A stretch of 64,000 bases of DNA, taken from positions 24,222,299-24,286,298 of the forward strand of contig NC_134025.1 in assembly GCF_964204645.1 (NCBI RefSeq), written 5' to 3'. Source of the DNA: Tubulanus polymorphus. Lineage: Eukaryota > Animalia > Nemertea. This document shows, piece by piece, positions 24,944 to 51,200 of the stretch. Under the pieces are notes generated by a model. That model did no database searches. It worked only from the letters and a program-made list of their open reading frames with translations, and was not told the origin of the DNA. Each line of letters opens with the position of its first letter. Position 1 is the stretch's first letter. Position numbers and translations under genes: made by a program.

Positions 24944-26404
24944 CAAGAAAACTAAATTAATCTAAAACTAACTAGTTTATCGACGCTTTGAATAATAATG
25001 CCCATATTGGTTGAAATGAATAATGTGTATAGATTATATAGTATGAAGGATCAGGAAACTTATTTTGAATGTGAATATATATCGATAATTGAATTGAATT
25101 GACCGGCAACCAGTCTAGCCCCCAATATATTGACGTAGTGCACATCCTCTCAAAAATAATTATTAGAATTTATCTAAAAAAATAAAATAAAAGTTATGAA
25201 ATATATCTAATTACAAAACGCCAAAATTCAAAATTGTAATTGTTATTTTGAATTGCCAATTTTGATGATGTAGCTATCAATATATATAAGCATTATTGTT
25301 TATATAAATCATTTTTTATTCAAAAATTGCTTATGTCGCTCAATCATAAACCTTTATGGCGAACTTGCCTAATTACCCGAGCAAGTGGGTCTGAACTAAT
25401 GACATCGTTTCTTTCAAACGTCCTTGATCGGCGCCGATTAGATTAATGAAACTTGATGAACATTCGGCCAGACGCGAAACGAGGCTTCGGAGAAATCAAA
25501 TAAATTGAATATTTGATCGGGTGAAATAACGATGCATGAATCTGACTCATAAAACAATCGCGACGTTCCGATATTCTCGTCGGACACATGGCGTATGAAA
25601 TTTGTTTTTCACGTCGGAGCGTTTGTTTTACTTTGCATCATTAAACTCGTTATCTGTAGTTAGGAGGTAGAATCCACGCGATTGATGCGTAATTAATGAG
25701 CGATGAATAATGAATTTTTTTTTAAATCTTAGAACACGGGTTGACCCCGTTGTTTATTTCATTGGTAGTTTTCGTTTGATTTGTTTTGGTGTCCCTCTCC
25801 ACCGTGAGCGAAACAGGGTTTGAATTGGAAATTGGAAATCGAAATACATATATCGTTGTGTGATCGGCGGTCGCAGATTTACTTCTTTTTTTTTATCGAA
25901 GTACATAATTGGAAATTTCGGTTCTGGTTCATTCAAACAATCTTCCAACCAGCCTGAACCGGCAAGTGACTGGTTAGGGTCAGTAAATTCATTTTAGAAA
26001 AGTACACGGATGATATTAATTGACGTAAAATTCCAATTTTAGGTGCTTAACCTTTCGGATTGATGGGTTTCTGTGACGATTTATATCTTGGATCTTTCCG
26101 CACTTTTTCAGGAAAGTTTTTTCGAGTTTCGCTGACAGGGTTTGTTGACAATCGTGGAAATCTCTGCAAATACTTTGGCTTATTCTGGCACTGGTAATAA
26201 TGTTAGTATCTAACGAGTTGAGTTGGTTTAAGGGTAGTTAAGTAAACTGGTTACATCCAATTTTGAATCTAGAAAATCTCGGTTGTTAAATTGATATTGT
26301 AGCTGATAGGTGCTTCTTGTTGACTGTTTTGTTGTTTTCAAATTGTTTGAAAATATTTGTGGAATTCTTAAATATATTCAAATTTCTGTCTTCATGTTTT
26401 TCAG

Positions 26405-26584
26405 GGAAGTATTGCGGAGAACACACCTCCAGATGACAATCAATCTTCGTCGTATCCGGGCGCTCGACGCAACTGGATTCAAACGCTTTACCAGCGCATC
26501 GTGCGACCGACTCGCCGGCACTCGCAGTCCGACCTCGAACCGGGGCCGGTCTTACGCAAAAATCATTTCTGGCGCGAACAATAA
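26405..26584 (+). CDS. BAD: Terminal coding exon of the BAD-like gene (GSIAENTPPDDNQSSSYPGARRNWIQTLYQRIVRPTRRHSQSDLEPGPVLRKNHFWREQ*)
   Basis: Strong acceptor tttctgtcttcatgtttttcag|, GC-rich island in AT-rich DNA, phase 0 matching the donor after 6560, TAA at 26582-26584. RRNWIQTLYQRI resembles the amphipathic BAD tail SSWTRVFQSWW. This frame is absent from the ORF track. Confidence 0.7.
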   Translation, partial: GSIAENTPPDDNQSSSYPGARRNWIQTLYQRIVRPTRRHSQSDLEPGPVLRKNHFWREQ

Positions 26585-39120
<12,536 letters not shown>

Positions 39121-41473
39121 TTGAAGATGGGGCGTTTGTTTTTGATTCAGCAGAATTTTTTCTCTTCTGATCGGTGCCTGATTCGGACCGTTGTTCCAGT
39201 CCATCGGCTATACATCGAGGCCCTTGTACCCTTCCTAGTGTGATATACGAGAACGACCGGGGATTCTAGGAGACTGAATCATGTGCATTGCATTTGAGGA
39301 TGTGGAAATTGTGGACTAGGAACATGGAGAAGGAATTCAAATCGTTCGAGCGATGAAACGATGAGAAGGCAATCGTTGTTTCACTGGTATTCAACCCACA
39401 AATTATAACCTACGCACATTTCCCAAAGTTCAAAATTGTACGATTCCCCCATTTTCCTCGGATTTTTAAAATACCTTGCACTTTTTAGATTAAAGTACGT
39501 ATATCTAAGTTGTAGAATCAACCTTAATATTAACTAGCAGTACATGTGGGACACCTTTCCGGCAACTAAATGAAGATAATTGCGCTATGCATATATTGCC
39601 TATAGTGGCGCTTTATACATGGATAAGAGGTATGACATGAAACGTAACACCACAGACCTGCAAGGGTATAGGGATGGAATTTAGGGAAAAGGACCGCGAT
39701 CAAACATGAGAAATACATGTACGAAGAAAGAGATTATGTTGAGGTATGTGAATTATCGTCATTATACATTGTATCAAAAATACATAAAGAGTCCTCTTTA
39801 TGTATTTTTGATTGTATTTGAACCTCGTTAATAGGATACTACTGATATAGGATTTCCAGCATGCCCCAGCTAACATATTCATATCAATCAAGATTTGGAT
39901 AACACCGAACCCGTTGAATACAACAATTTCACATTTGCCAACAAGATTCGTATTAACGAGGAGGTTCCGCATTATCATTTATAACTCACAATTCGCAGTA
40001 AATGATATTTGAAAGTAAAAGTGAAAGTTTAAAATTGCGTTTCTTCGTGTTAATGAAATCTTGGTAAACCTTTGTCCTCTTGATACACAAATACGAATAA
40101 CAATGACACAAATCTATTTTTTTATAATTACAAGTAATTCGCTTCATTAGAGATGCTGCCATGTAATAGATAATATTCTAATTTTCGACCAAAGGAACGG
40201 TTAATTACCTAGCCTTATACATTTTCGGAACTCCCAAATTTTCTCATTCGCTTCATCCCTCGTTTAAAACGCCCAATAATTATGAATCAAGGGTCGATTC
40301 GATCAGACTGATTGATGTGTATTGATACCATCAAATCGAATCGCCTACAGGGGTGCATTGTACAAAAGCCATGAACTCCTCCCTGGTTGAGATCAATTGC
40401 TCGTGCGAGCCTGGTTATTGTTCCGCACAATTTGAGTTGAGTTGTTAATCGGAGCCAAGAGAAGCCATGAGAATTGATTGGGCGCCAAAATTGATCACTC
40501 CCTTTCGTATTGGTACGGCCGCCCAAAACCGTTGCACTATCCTTAAGTTCAGGAAAAAATCTATAATAAGAGCAACTTCGTATCATAAACTCTCCTTTGC
40601 GCCGCTTTTCCTCGTAAGCTTTGCTCGGTCCGTAATATGATAATGATATCACCAAGATTTGATCAAAATATATGTTACGGTAATTAAATTAGGAACATAG
40701 AGACTACAAGAAATTTTACTTCTGAAAAACTGTATCGTACATATCTTAGGAGACAGCGTGACTTAAAACTGTACAATAGCCATAACATATCTTTTCGCAG
40801 GTTGACCCAAAGTAAATGGATATTTGTCTAACTACTGTTTTATAATTCATGTATCGTATTTTTTTGAAAGCCAAAGAGCATATGGAATTATGGCAATAAA
40901 TTATCATTATCATTATATACGTAAAGCCTTATGAAACTTAGTCGTATGTGTAAATGCATATAGTGTACACATTAACTTAGACCTATCTATACAATGAAAC
41001 CCTATTTCTTATCGTGGTCATCCTTAAGATATTTCTGTATACGGTTAGACGCACGATAAAGAATTCTATTATGCATGAACGCAGTTTTTCATTTTATCGC
41101 ACGAGAAATCAAAACTTTTTATATTCTGTTCGATTTTCAAAGAAGTATTGCATTCTAACGCGAGAAATATTTTTCTTGCCGTGAAATTTTGAAAATGTTT
41201 GTTTTCTGACCCCAGTTGTCTTCTCGCACGAGGTATCAGTTCTTTCGTGCGTCTTGCCGCACAGAAATATTTCTTAGTATGGCACGAATCAGCCACCATT
41301 CTTTTCCCCTAGTTTAGGACTTTTTGGATTATAAAGAACTTTTTTGATAGAACCTTTGGAATAAGTGGAGTACGGCAATATTTGTCCGCTATAAACTTTG
41401 ACAATCAACAATCACAGAAATACCTTTATCGATACTGAAATAAATCAAGCCGAACATGACATCCTCAACTATA

Positions 41474-41733
41474 ACAAGAGAAATCCCACAATAAGTTCAG
41501 CCAAAACGAGAAACTTGAATAGAAGAGTTATATATATTTGCGCAACGTTTCGGCTAAAGACTATTAGCCATCATCAGGCGTACTGAGTACAGGAGAATAT
41601 TACAAGATATTTATACAAGACCAAAACAATAGAAGCAGAGTGAGTGATTAAAATATTGAAAGGGGAATAGATGAACTTATTGTGGGATTTCTCTTGTTAT
41701 CTTCTTACACGGATATTGTGTATCTTCTCGTCT
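41474..41733. mobile_element. Penelope-like retroelement remnant (inverted pLTR fragment plus tail)
   Basis: Perfect 29-bp inverted repeat (41471-41499 / 41672-41700), 33-nt tail (41701-41733), 14-bp direct repeat catcctcaactata (41460-41473, 41734-41747), internal hammerhead motif. Confidence 0.75.
41540..41580 (-). ncRNA. Minimal hammerhead ribozyme motif (PLE-type)
   Basis: Minus strand reads cgc CUGAUGA u GGCUAA uagucu UUAGCC GAAA cguu gcgc: both core boxes, a 6-bp stem II, palindromic AACGUU in place of stem III and a 3-bp stem I. Confidence 0.7.
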
Positions 41734-44700
41734 CATCCTCAACTATACTCCTAAACCCAAGTATTCATTCATTCGTTTTAATGTATTTATGTAGATATAA
41801 CATTACAAATACTTTAGTTTATTTTTTGCAAATGAGTTATGTATTAGCCCAGTTTGTATTGTCATGTCAAGCCATGCCACAACGTGACATGTCTTGCCTT
41901 CTTTTCCGTGCTGTGCCGTACCCTTGCCGAGCTGCGCCATTCCATATATCATGCCATAACATACCATAACATATTCAATAATAACTACTTATCTAAATAG
42001 ATGAAATATTCCTGGTGCTGAAAGTGACTCTGTGTTACTGATAATAAAACGAGATCCGATGAATAGGTTATGATTATTTATCTATCCAGGTTGGGCGTCG
42101 ATCAATTGCCGTGTTCGACATTTTTCACAAGTCGTCACATTTTCTTGGAAAAATCGAATGTTGTGAGGGGTACTTTTTTAGTTCCAATGACTTATCCTAA
42201 CGACAATAACACGCGTAATTATCAATCAATAGGAATTACGAATATTAGGTCGAGGCCTATGGCGATGGTTTGGTTTACAAAGTAGAGCGAAAATTAATCC
42301 ATAGCAAAATTAATAATCAATGGAAAAAAAATTACCAAATAAACGATTGAGAAAAATAATATTCTTTGCTAGGAAAAGGATTCGATACTAGTGATCATGT
42401 TACGTTGGTCACCGTTTTTATCTTCTGTCTGACGTTCGTTATTTCGGTTCATTATCGAATTGTCAAATATACGATAATAAGTAAATCATGATGTAAAGAT
42501 CTTAGGTAAACATTAATTCTATTCTACATGTATTATAACCTTTATCTTGGATCTTTCAATTTTATTTAGGTTCTATAAACAAAATCATTGCACCTACTTG
42601 ATTGCTTCGTACACGTTGCCGCTTGCGGTGTTCCGGCGTCATGCGTAGTGTCTTCGATGGCTCCAAAAGTGTAGTTGGCGTCGATTCTTATTTCAAATTT
42701 CTTATATGATGCTGATAACTTTTTAAAACAGTTTGGTCAGTTTGTGCATTTAGTTATTATGAGTAAGAACTGAATGCTTAAATAGCTGATGGCTACGTAT
42801 TTTGAAAGGAAAATCAAGAGAGGTTACGACGAATTTCATCATTTCGTTTTACTTTTTCTTTCATGGAAAAATGTATTTAAATGAAAACAATGATCTAGAT
42901 AGATGATATCGACATTTGAATTATTTCCAATGCATTTCTGTGTAAAAATATACGTGTATGGGATCTATGTATTGCTTTCGAATTGTAACTCAATGCAAGT
43001 TGATTTTTCCTTTTGTTAATTGAACATGTAATCCAGTTTGATATATTCACTTTTCGTAGCTTTGGGTCTAACGTTGTGGACGAAAAGGATTATTATCTTT
43101 TGTTTAAGTTTGTTATTAAGACGAAGTTAATGCGCATTAAAACAATATAAATATGTTTCATTCTTTCTTACAAAGCGCGCTACGCCGTTGGTCCTCACAA
43201 ACAGTGTCTGTGGTCTGTGGGCAATTCTTCATCGTTTTTCGTGCGAGAGGCATCCTTGGTCATAAAGTTGAATAGCACAACCGGACTTGATTAGATGAAA
43301 ATCATATTGTACAAAAATGTGAGATTAAAAAACGGAAATTTATTTCATGAGAGACCATATCCAGGTGTCAGGAGAAACGTTTTCTAATTCGTGATAAATA
43401 CATCAGAGTACTCATGCAAACATATTGCATTGTAAATCTCATTCACCTTAACTGTATGTTTGTTGGTCGTTTTGTTTATAAGGCCCAAAATTTAAGAAGA
43501 AAATTATCATTAAAGAGGATTGTAGACGCATATATCAATTAATAGCGCACATTGCAGATAGAAGTCGCGTTGGTTAACGCGCTTACGCGGTCGGTCGTTG
43601 TCAGGATTAAAATACTATTAACATCTTGAAGATTTGTGGTAAATTTCCTCCATTGTCACGAATTTCAAAACGATCGTTGTGGTCAGTTTGTGCGTCACAT
43701 ATACAGCAGCAATCGAAGGCTCCACTATGCACTCGGTTATCGTCACGCGATTCTATTTTTAGCCGAATTCACGGAACGATAAATCGTCGCGCTAAAATTG
43801 CAAATAAACGATAAGGGAATCGTGGTAAAGGACATTTTGATTTTTCTATCGAGGGTCGACAAATCAGTCGATTGTTATTTCATATAGATGATTAATTCAC
43901 TGCGATGAACACGTTTCTTCTGGGCGTTGATGCAGCCACTATGGCACGCGATGTTAATCGAATGCCCGGGAACAATATTTGCATAAATTATCACCAATTT
44001 ATTCACTCATTCAAAATTCTTGAAAATTAAAATCCGTTCACGAATACTCCTCGATGTTATTCGTTTACTTTTTTACAATCCCGCAATAACTATCTAACTA
44101 ACTTAAGGGTCCAGGGAGATCGTACCCGCTCGGTGAGTGAAATGTTTGGCAATCTATCTGACAATTTCAATATTCAACGACTCCTGGTGAACAATTTCAA
44201 AAAGCAATGACCTTAAAAACCCTCCGCAATGTAGTCATGGGCTTCAAATTTGCAATCGATTACAGCAAATGCGTAGGTACAACAAATATATACGCGAAGT
44301 GTATAATTCAATATTTGACTTCCCAGTTGGGAAGAGCGAAGAACTGGATAATCTCAATTCCGCGCGAGGAGATGTTCCGATTGCGTTACGATTGACTGAT
44401 CGTAAGACCCGCTTGAAATGTTAAACTACGATCCCTTCCTAAAGTACAGCCATCACAAATTTCAATGAAAAATGGTAAACTGCACAAAAGCACCGACGGA
44501 TAGTGAACGCGATACTCACCAAGTGGGCCAAAATTAGTAATTTTGAAACCGTTATTTTTTGTTCGTCTGCAGTTCGAAATCTCGTATTTAATTCATTCGT
44601 TGTTTTATTCTTGTTTCGCACGAATCTGTTTATCTGCATCTTGCTGGAATCATTTTCTTGAGAAACAAGAGCTCCGAACTTTGCTGAATACGACTGGCTC

Positions 44701-45018
44701 CTCAGTACATGGAACCTGCATCTGGTATTACCAGTAGTCTGGGATTGTTAATGCAATGCGAGCTAGCGATGTGAAATTTTAATTTTTACTATGAATATGA
44801 TTACGATAAATATTGTAATATTCAAACTTCGTTCTGAAGTAAATTACGTAACTTGATTTAAGTTTTATCAACGTTGCAAGGATGAAATAAAAAAATTGTG
44901 TATTTCAAAGCGTAAATGTAAATGCGCTGATGAATTTCAGAATCTAAATTTCTGGTTTTCATTTTTTTTTGCGCGCGAAACAACGTTTTCTGGTATTTTG
45001 GAAAAATGTTAATATTTT

Positions 45019-45080
45019 CAACCGACCAAAAATATTATCGTGTATATGCAACCGACCAAAAATATTATCGTGTATATGCA
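45019..45080. repeat. 30-bp perfect tandem duplication
   Basis: caaccgaccaaaaatattatcgtgtatatg twice. Confidence 0.95.
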
Positions 45081-48000
45081 TATGAAAGTAACGTTACTCT
45101 AGAATAAAAGTAATTTTATAAATCATATCTCTATCTCTTAGTCAAAATAATTTTCAATTCTAATTATTCGGATTATATTCCCCTGCCGTATTAGAAATAT
45201 CAGTTGAAAGGATTAAAAAGCTTTCTCCGAATCAAGTTAACATGGGAAAATATCAAGCGACACATTTGGCATTTAGGTGAAGTACAATTATGCAACGGAA
45301 AATCTTCGCAAAAATCAACAGTTTCGTATCAAATTCAAAGCGTGCGCGTAATCGTCACAGAAAAAAATACGCATTTTTATAGGTGAAACACACAAGATGA
45401 CACGGCACGCGGAAGTTTCAATATTAGTTTGTTTGACAACTACAATAAAACACATTCATCAGTTGTGTTAATTCAAAAAGCTTTCAGTAGATATAGGCGT
45501 ATATATCACAGTGAAAACATGTACACACGTTATTATTACTCACGGACCGAGCTCATGATTCATTCGGTAACCACCGGTAATTTTATATCGTACATACATA
45601 ATTACACAAGCAGCACTTTTACTGAACCTATACTTTCGTAGAAGTGCGAATGAAGGTCTGATGAAGTCGGGATCTATATAGCACGATGTTCATATTGCAC
45701 TATACGCGGAAAGGTCAAGGTCGATGAACTCAGATTCGTCGTAGAAATGTATCCGATCCGAGAACTAAACTGTTGGTTTGGAGTCGTCACAAATCCTGAT
45801 AGGCCTGAAAATCCTGAATGTAAATACAGAGCTTCCAGGCGTAACAAGATTGGCGTAGACCGATCATCTTCAATCGTGCAGGTAAAAGACGTCCGTTTCC
45901 GACATGCATCTTATCATCCATTGTTGGTCGCAGCTCCCGCAGGAACCACCTTTCGCGAACGAAGCCAGATGTTTTGTTTCGAATCCTGCAAAAGGGAGTA
46001 TTTATACGCTTCGGCTCTCAATGGCTTTCAGGCCAGTAAGCGCATTTCCTCGTTTCTGGTCTCGCTGGGTCGCGTAGTCAGTTGACAGTGGGAGCAGCTG
46101 GAACTGGCAACAGATGCGATACGTGAACCTCTGGCACCCTTGTTAGTTATTTAGAGTAGTGCATGCTCGACCATCGGTACTTACGCAATATTCAGCGAAA
46201 TAGATCCGAAAAACACGATTTCAAAATCCTTTGTCGAATAACTCATTAATATGTGGTATCATATACCTGTATAATGCATTGTTTTGAACGACGAAGTCGA
46301 CTCAAACACATATGTTGATCAAGAAAAGTTTTTTTAGCATGACATCACTTTCAACTATAAACATGCCATCATTCTAGCATAAACTTTCGATGACATCATT
46401 TCCGTAAGTATACTAGCAGGGCTAGTATATATCTATCTCTGTACAACTCGATCGGAGATGTTTATACTAAGGAGCAGTCGTAATCTCAAACAGTTAACGT
46501 AAACCCGCGTAAAAAGCACCAATCGCTAAAACCGTTTAAAGGAGTCGAAGAATGACTTACGTATGTAACTAACCCGGCCAAGTCAAGTTCGAAAATGTCC
46601 TCGCCGCGGTTAGGTTGACACAAGCCACCGACTCCTTTCGGGGTCTGGTTCATCATTTCGAGATACTACAACTGGGACCTGGATACCCACTTACAATTGT
46701 GCCAGACAACAAAGCTTGACCCGGGCAGATAGGCTATCGTCTTTTGAAAAATGTTTGGACGGTGGGCAGTAAACATAATGTAGTTTAAAATGACCGATTC
46801 TTTTATTATTCCACATGCCCTGCCATAGTACGGAGTTCAAAGAAAAACGCGCCAAGAAATTGAAATCCGTTAACCGAAGTGATTGATAAAAGTGTTTTTC
46901 GATGAAAAGGATCGAGCTGGTCAGGGTGCCTGGTTCGTGGTCACCAATGCATAATATCCCAGGCACGCTTTTAAGAACCTACCCTAGAGGCTACGGTCAT
47001 TTTGTTTTGGGGCTTATTGTCGTTTCAGATGACATCTTTAACGTTACGTTACTTTCTATAGTAGAATGGCTGGTTCGTATCTGTATTATCAGTCGATGAA
47101 AAGTGAACTTTATACGGCCTTCCATATGGGAAACTAGCAACATATTTGACGACACAAGAAAAACCGAAAAGAGTTTTGGAGATTGCGGAATAAATTCCTA
47201 GATTTTATTTTGGAAATGAATATAATATACAATTAGGAAGATATCTAGAATATGTATTTAATACAACAAAATTCGAATATGAATTCGAAAATCTTCAAAA
47301 CATTTCATCGATCAAAAATCAAAATCGTGCAATGTTTGATATTACTATAAATGCATATAGGAGCGGGCACTTTTTTCATATGATATGAACTTATTTTTAC
47401 ACTGAATATTCGATTGTTTAATCTGGTGAATAATCTTTTTTTATTAGAATTATGTTGAATTACGCATTAGTAAAGCCTGTAACTGAGTTAAGTAAGTGGG
47501 GCGTCGGCAGAAATTTATCATAGCAAATTCTGATTCAGACGAAATACTTACCTTCATTAAAAGGACTAATCATCTGTTAGCTTTAATGTTGTTACATATA
47601 ATTAAATGTCTTTAAGTTATTTTGCCTAAAGCTAACAGAATTCCACCATTTTGACATAAATGATATTGGTGAAATTTGATCTTCTATTGATCGAGGCTTG
47701 TTTCAAATTCTAACGATTTTGAAAGCGTTTTTAAGTTAACCTAGGTGATAAAGTTGATTGACCAATATACGCAATGACTAAACTAAAATCTATCAATCTT
47801 TATTTGAGTTACCTATAGATAACGCGTGATTTATTTTGGACTTATTTTCGCTCAAAAATATTGTATTTTATATAATCTTCCAAATAGGCCCTAGTAGTGG
47901 CCGAAAGTAACTTGTTTTTGTAATGCATCACACGTTAAAAGAACATCTTTAAGGAAAAATGAACGTACAATATTGCTCAAGTCCACAAGAAGCGACGCCA

Positions 48001-48192
48001 TTGAAGACGTAAGCGAAGAACTTTGACATCTTCTAATATGCTGTTAGCGAATTTCTTAGAATCTAACAATTCGATTAGCTCGAATACCGGTATAATTCAA
48101 ATGTAATTCAATATTAGAATAGTCAAAAATACGTAGTTATATATACTTATAAATTCAAATATCATTAGGTCACATCGCCGTCGTGTACTTAC

Positions 48193-48277
48193 GTTTGCAG
48201 ATCGTCCATTTTGTTCGACGGCCTCGTTGCAAATGTGAGGTTCCCGCGTTGAAAACCGTCTCAATATTGCTGTATAT
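48193..48277 (-). other. Candidate 85-nt internal exon of an unidentified minus-strand transcript
   Basis: Minus strand gtttttattttgcag| ... |gtaagt. Two frames open, no recognisable protein. Confidence 0.3.
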
Positions 48278-51200
48278 CTGCAAAATAAAAACGTTCACGT
48301 CTCGTAAACTTTCTTCCCGCGTATTGCATGTAGCGTTTCGCCTTCACGGGGCTGAAATTTGGAGGTAAAGCGCGGCAGCGATGCGGGTAAATGGCAACTT
48401 CGGATGGTCGCGCGCTTACCCCGCGGAGCTGGCTGTCGTGTATCGATTAACATATATTCATAATGAATGACTTGTAGCGCGCGGGATGAATTAAATGTGG
48501 AAATCGAGGGTCCATCGATGACATTGCCGATACTTAAACAGATATTTTTAACGATAGATATGTGATATGGGTGGGATCTACACGGACAGTAGGCCATTTT
48601 CGTTACGAATATAGCGCTAATCTATCGCGTATTTACTATTGTATATACATCTGTCCAAATATTCAAATGATCATATATACCTGCATGTATATGATTATGT
48701 TCCCATATTTCTAACGTGTCTCTTCTTATTTTATTATCCCGTAAAATACGAAGTACCCAGAGAAATAAGATAACCCGCAATTAGAATCTAAAAATCAATA
48801 ACTATACGCGGAATCTTACGAATAAATTAGATGTTAATCGATCAAATTTACGGTAATCTTCGTAGTACTCAATAGAATGTGTTCATTGTCCGCTTTCAAA
48901 GAATTTGCTAGTCGCGAGTCAACTCACCGGCTTGAAATTGTTAACATCCTATCAATTCGAACAGATAATCCGTGTCTCGTATCCCGAATTCGATTGTATT
49001 AATGCGAGCCCTCTCACCTTCATTGATTCCTAATCGGTTTGAATTTGCGAAAATTCATATTTCGTAATTCTTACATTTGCCCTATTACGAACAACCGCTC
49101 GTCACGCCGTGCCCGCCACGCCCAGATATAGTATTGACACAATGTGGTCATCGAGGCTATAACTTTAATGACTTGAAACGGTTCATTGTGACTCAATTTG
49201 TCCTTGATTTACTGACCCCGCCTGCACGCGTTACGATTGACACATAGCTTTACTCATCACCTCTTCCGTAAGAATTATTAATACACATGTTTAATTACTC
49301 TCCGTTCATAAACGAGTTGGTCTGCTTCGTAAATTGCAAGAAAACGAGACCGCGAAAAATCTACGTCGCATACATGGTACCGACGATAACGGGATTCCCA
49401 AATTCTATTTCCTCTTCCTAATTCGGGGACGGGGTATAATTCTATTCTTGCCCGATAACGGGAACGTGGCTTCCCATTGTCAAACTCGCGTTTAAATCAT
49501 AATGAAGCACTCTCATTATCGAATCGTCGTTAATGCCAGACTAGTTACGGCTGTGAACACGTATGCCATTGTTATACTTGAAAATGCCAAATTGAAATTT
49601 TCCAGTTCAGAATTTCGTGTCCAAAACCGCACGATATCTGTTTCTGTTGTGTTCGCAGAACCAGCATATTAAAATAGAAAACCGTATAGGTACTTGATAA
49701 TCAAACTTCCATATACAAACAAGTGAACTGGCCAGGGAATCTGTACAGCAGTTCATGCGGGTAGTTATAGTATTCAATTAGTTTCCTAGATAATGCATGA
49801 AATAGCCTACGTATACATGATTCATTATTTCAATTGCGAAAGATCCACGAAAAATTACAAAATAGATAACAACTTTACATCGACGAAAACCAAACATTTG
49901 AAACAGTTGTATGTATTACTGTAGTGGGGGTTGTTCGTGATTTATATACGTGGACATTACTGTCAAAAACCTAATAGAACCACGAAACGTTAGCTTAACA
50001 ATGACAAGAGGTTAAATTCCAATTTGCGTTAACAACCAAATTTACAAGATACACATATATTTTGAAGATAATGTCTTATTAATAAGTAACTGTTGATGGT
50101 TTCCATATCAATGAAGTGAATGAAATCCACAATAAAGTGAAAAAGACTAAAAGAAAATCAGACCTTTCGACCCAATTCTATGTATTACGTACTGTGGAGT
50201 TTTTCGTGACAAACACATGGACATATTACTATCAAAAACCTAAGACTAATTTGAAAATGGCTCGTAGAATTGAGTCGAAACGTCAGATTCTCTTCTATAG
50301 CTTTTTTCGTCTTATTGAGGGCTTTGATTCTTAACTTCAACCTTTGATTCCGCGAAGCGAATTCACTGTAAATTTTGACAAAATAATTTTTCTAGTACAC
50401 AATAAATTTATATATACAGACGTTGATTGTCGAATTCAGCATTGCGCCATAAAACAGTAAATTCATGCAAGGAAGTTGATTGATATGAATGTTGATAAGA
50501 TATGTACTGAGTGAAAGATAAATCAGGTTTTGATCAAATTTCGTCCTTACATATATAAATTATACATTTATATAGTTCCAATGTTATTCAAGTATATATT
50601 TCAAGAAATAATGAAATTGTGCCTAACAATATAGTTAGTGCCAAAGATTTTGGTCGAATCATCAAGTATTTCCTTGTTCGGAAGGTGCGTTTTGGATTCA
50701 TTACATGCTATCAATATTTGAAATTAAAGGATGGCTATATTTCAAGTAACAATATTGTTAGTTATCAAGAGATGATATATCATCACACCGGGTATACGCC
50801 ATAAAAACACTTTTATGTTGGCAGAATAAATAGTAACGTAATCAGTATTAACAAAAGTACTCTTTATGGATCTTTGGTATTTAAGTTTAAACGCCAAGGT
50901 GTTAAATGAAATAGCGACTTGACATAGAATAAAATTAAGATTTTCGAAAAGTGCTTAGTTGAAAAATACCAGATTCGTATTTGAAATATCTCTAATTACA
51001 TATGCTGAATAATCTTATTATGATAAGATACTTTTTACAGCGTAACTGTTTAATATCTCGTCAAAAACAGATGTATAGGTTTGGTCATTATTTGGTATTA
51101 CTTCTGAGAAAATAGTTCTGGCTGATTTCCAAATGCGCAGATTCTGATTATAATGCATCTCGGTATTTTTATGCTTCCCTACGAGAGTTTTACGTGATCG

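Noticed and set aside
40350-40448. EGF-like CSCEPGY in a short + strand frame
   Set aside because: Bounded by stop codons and lacks the full six-cysteine spacing.
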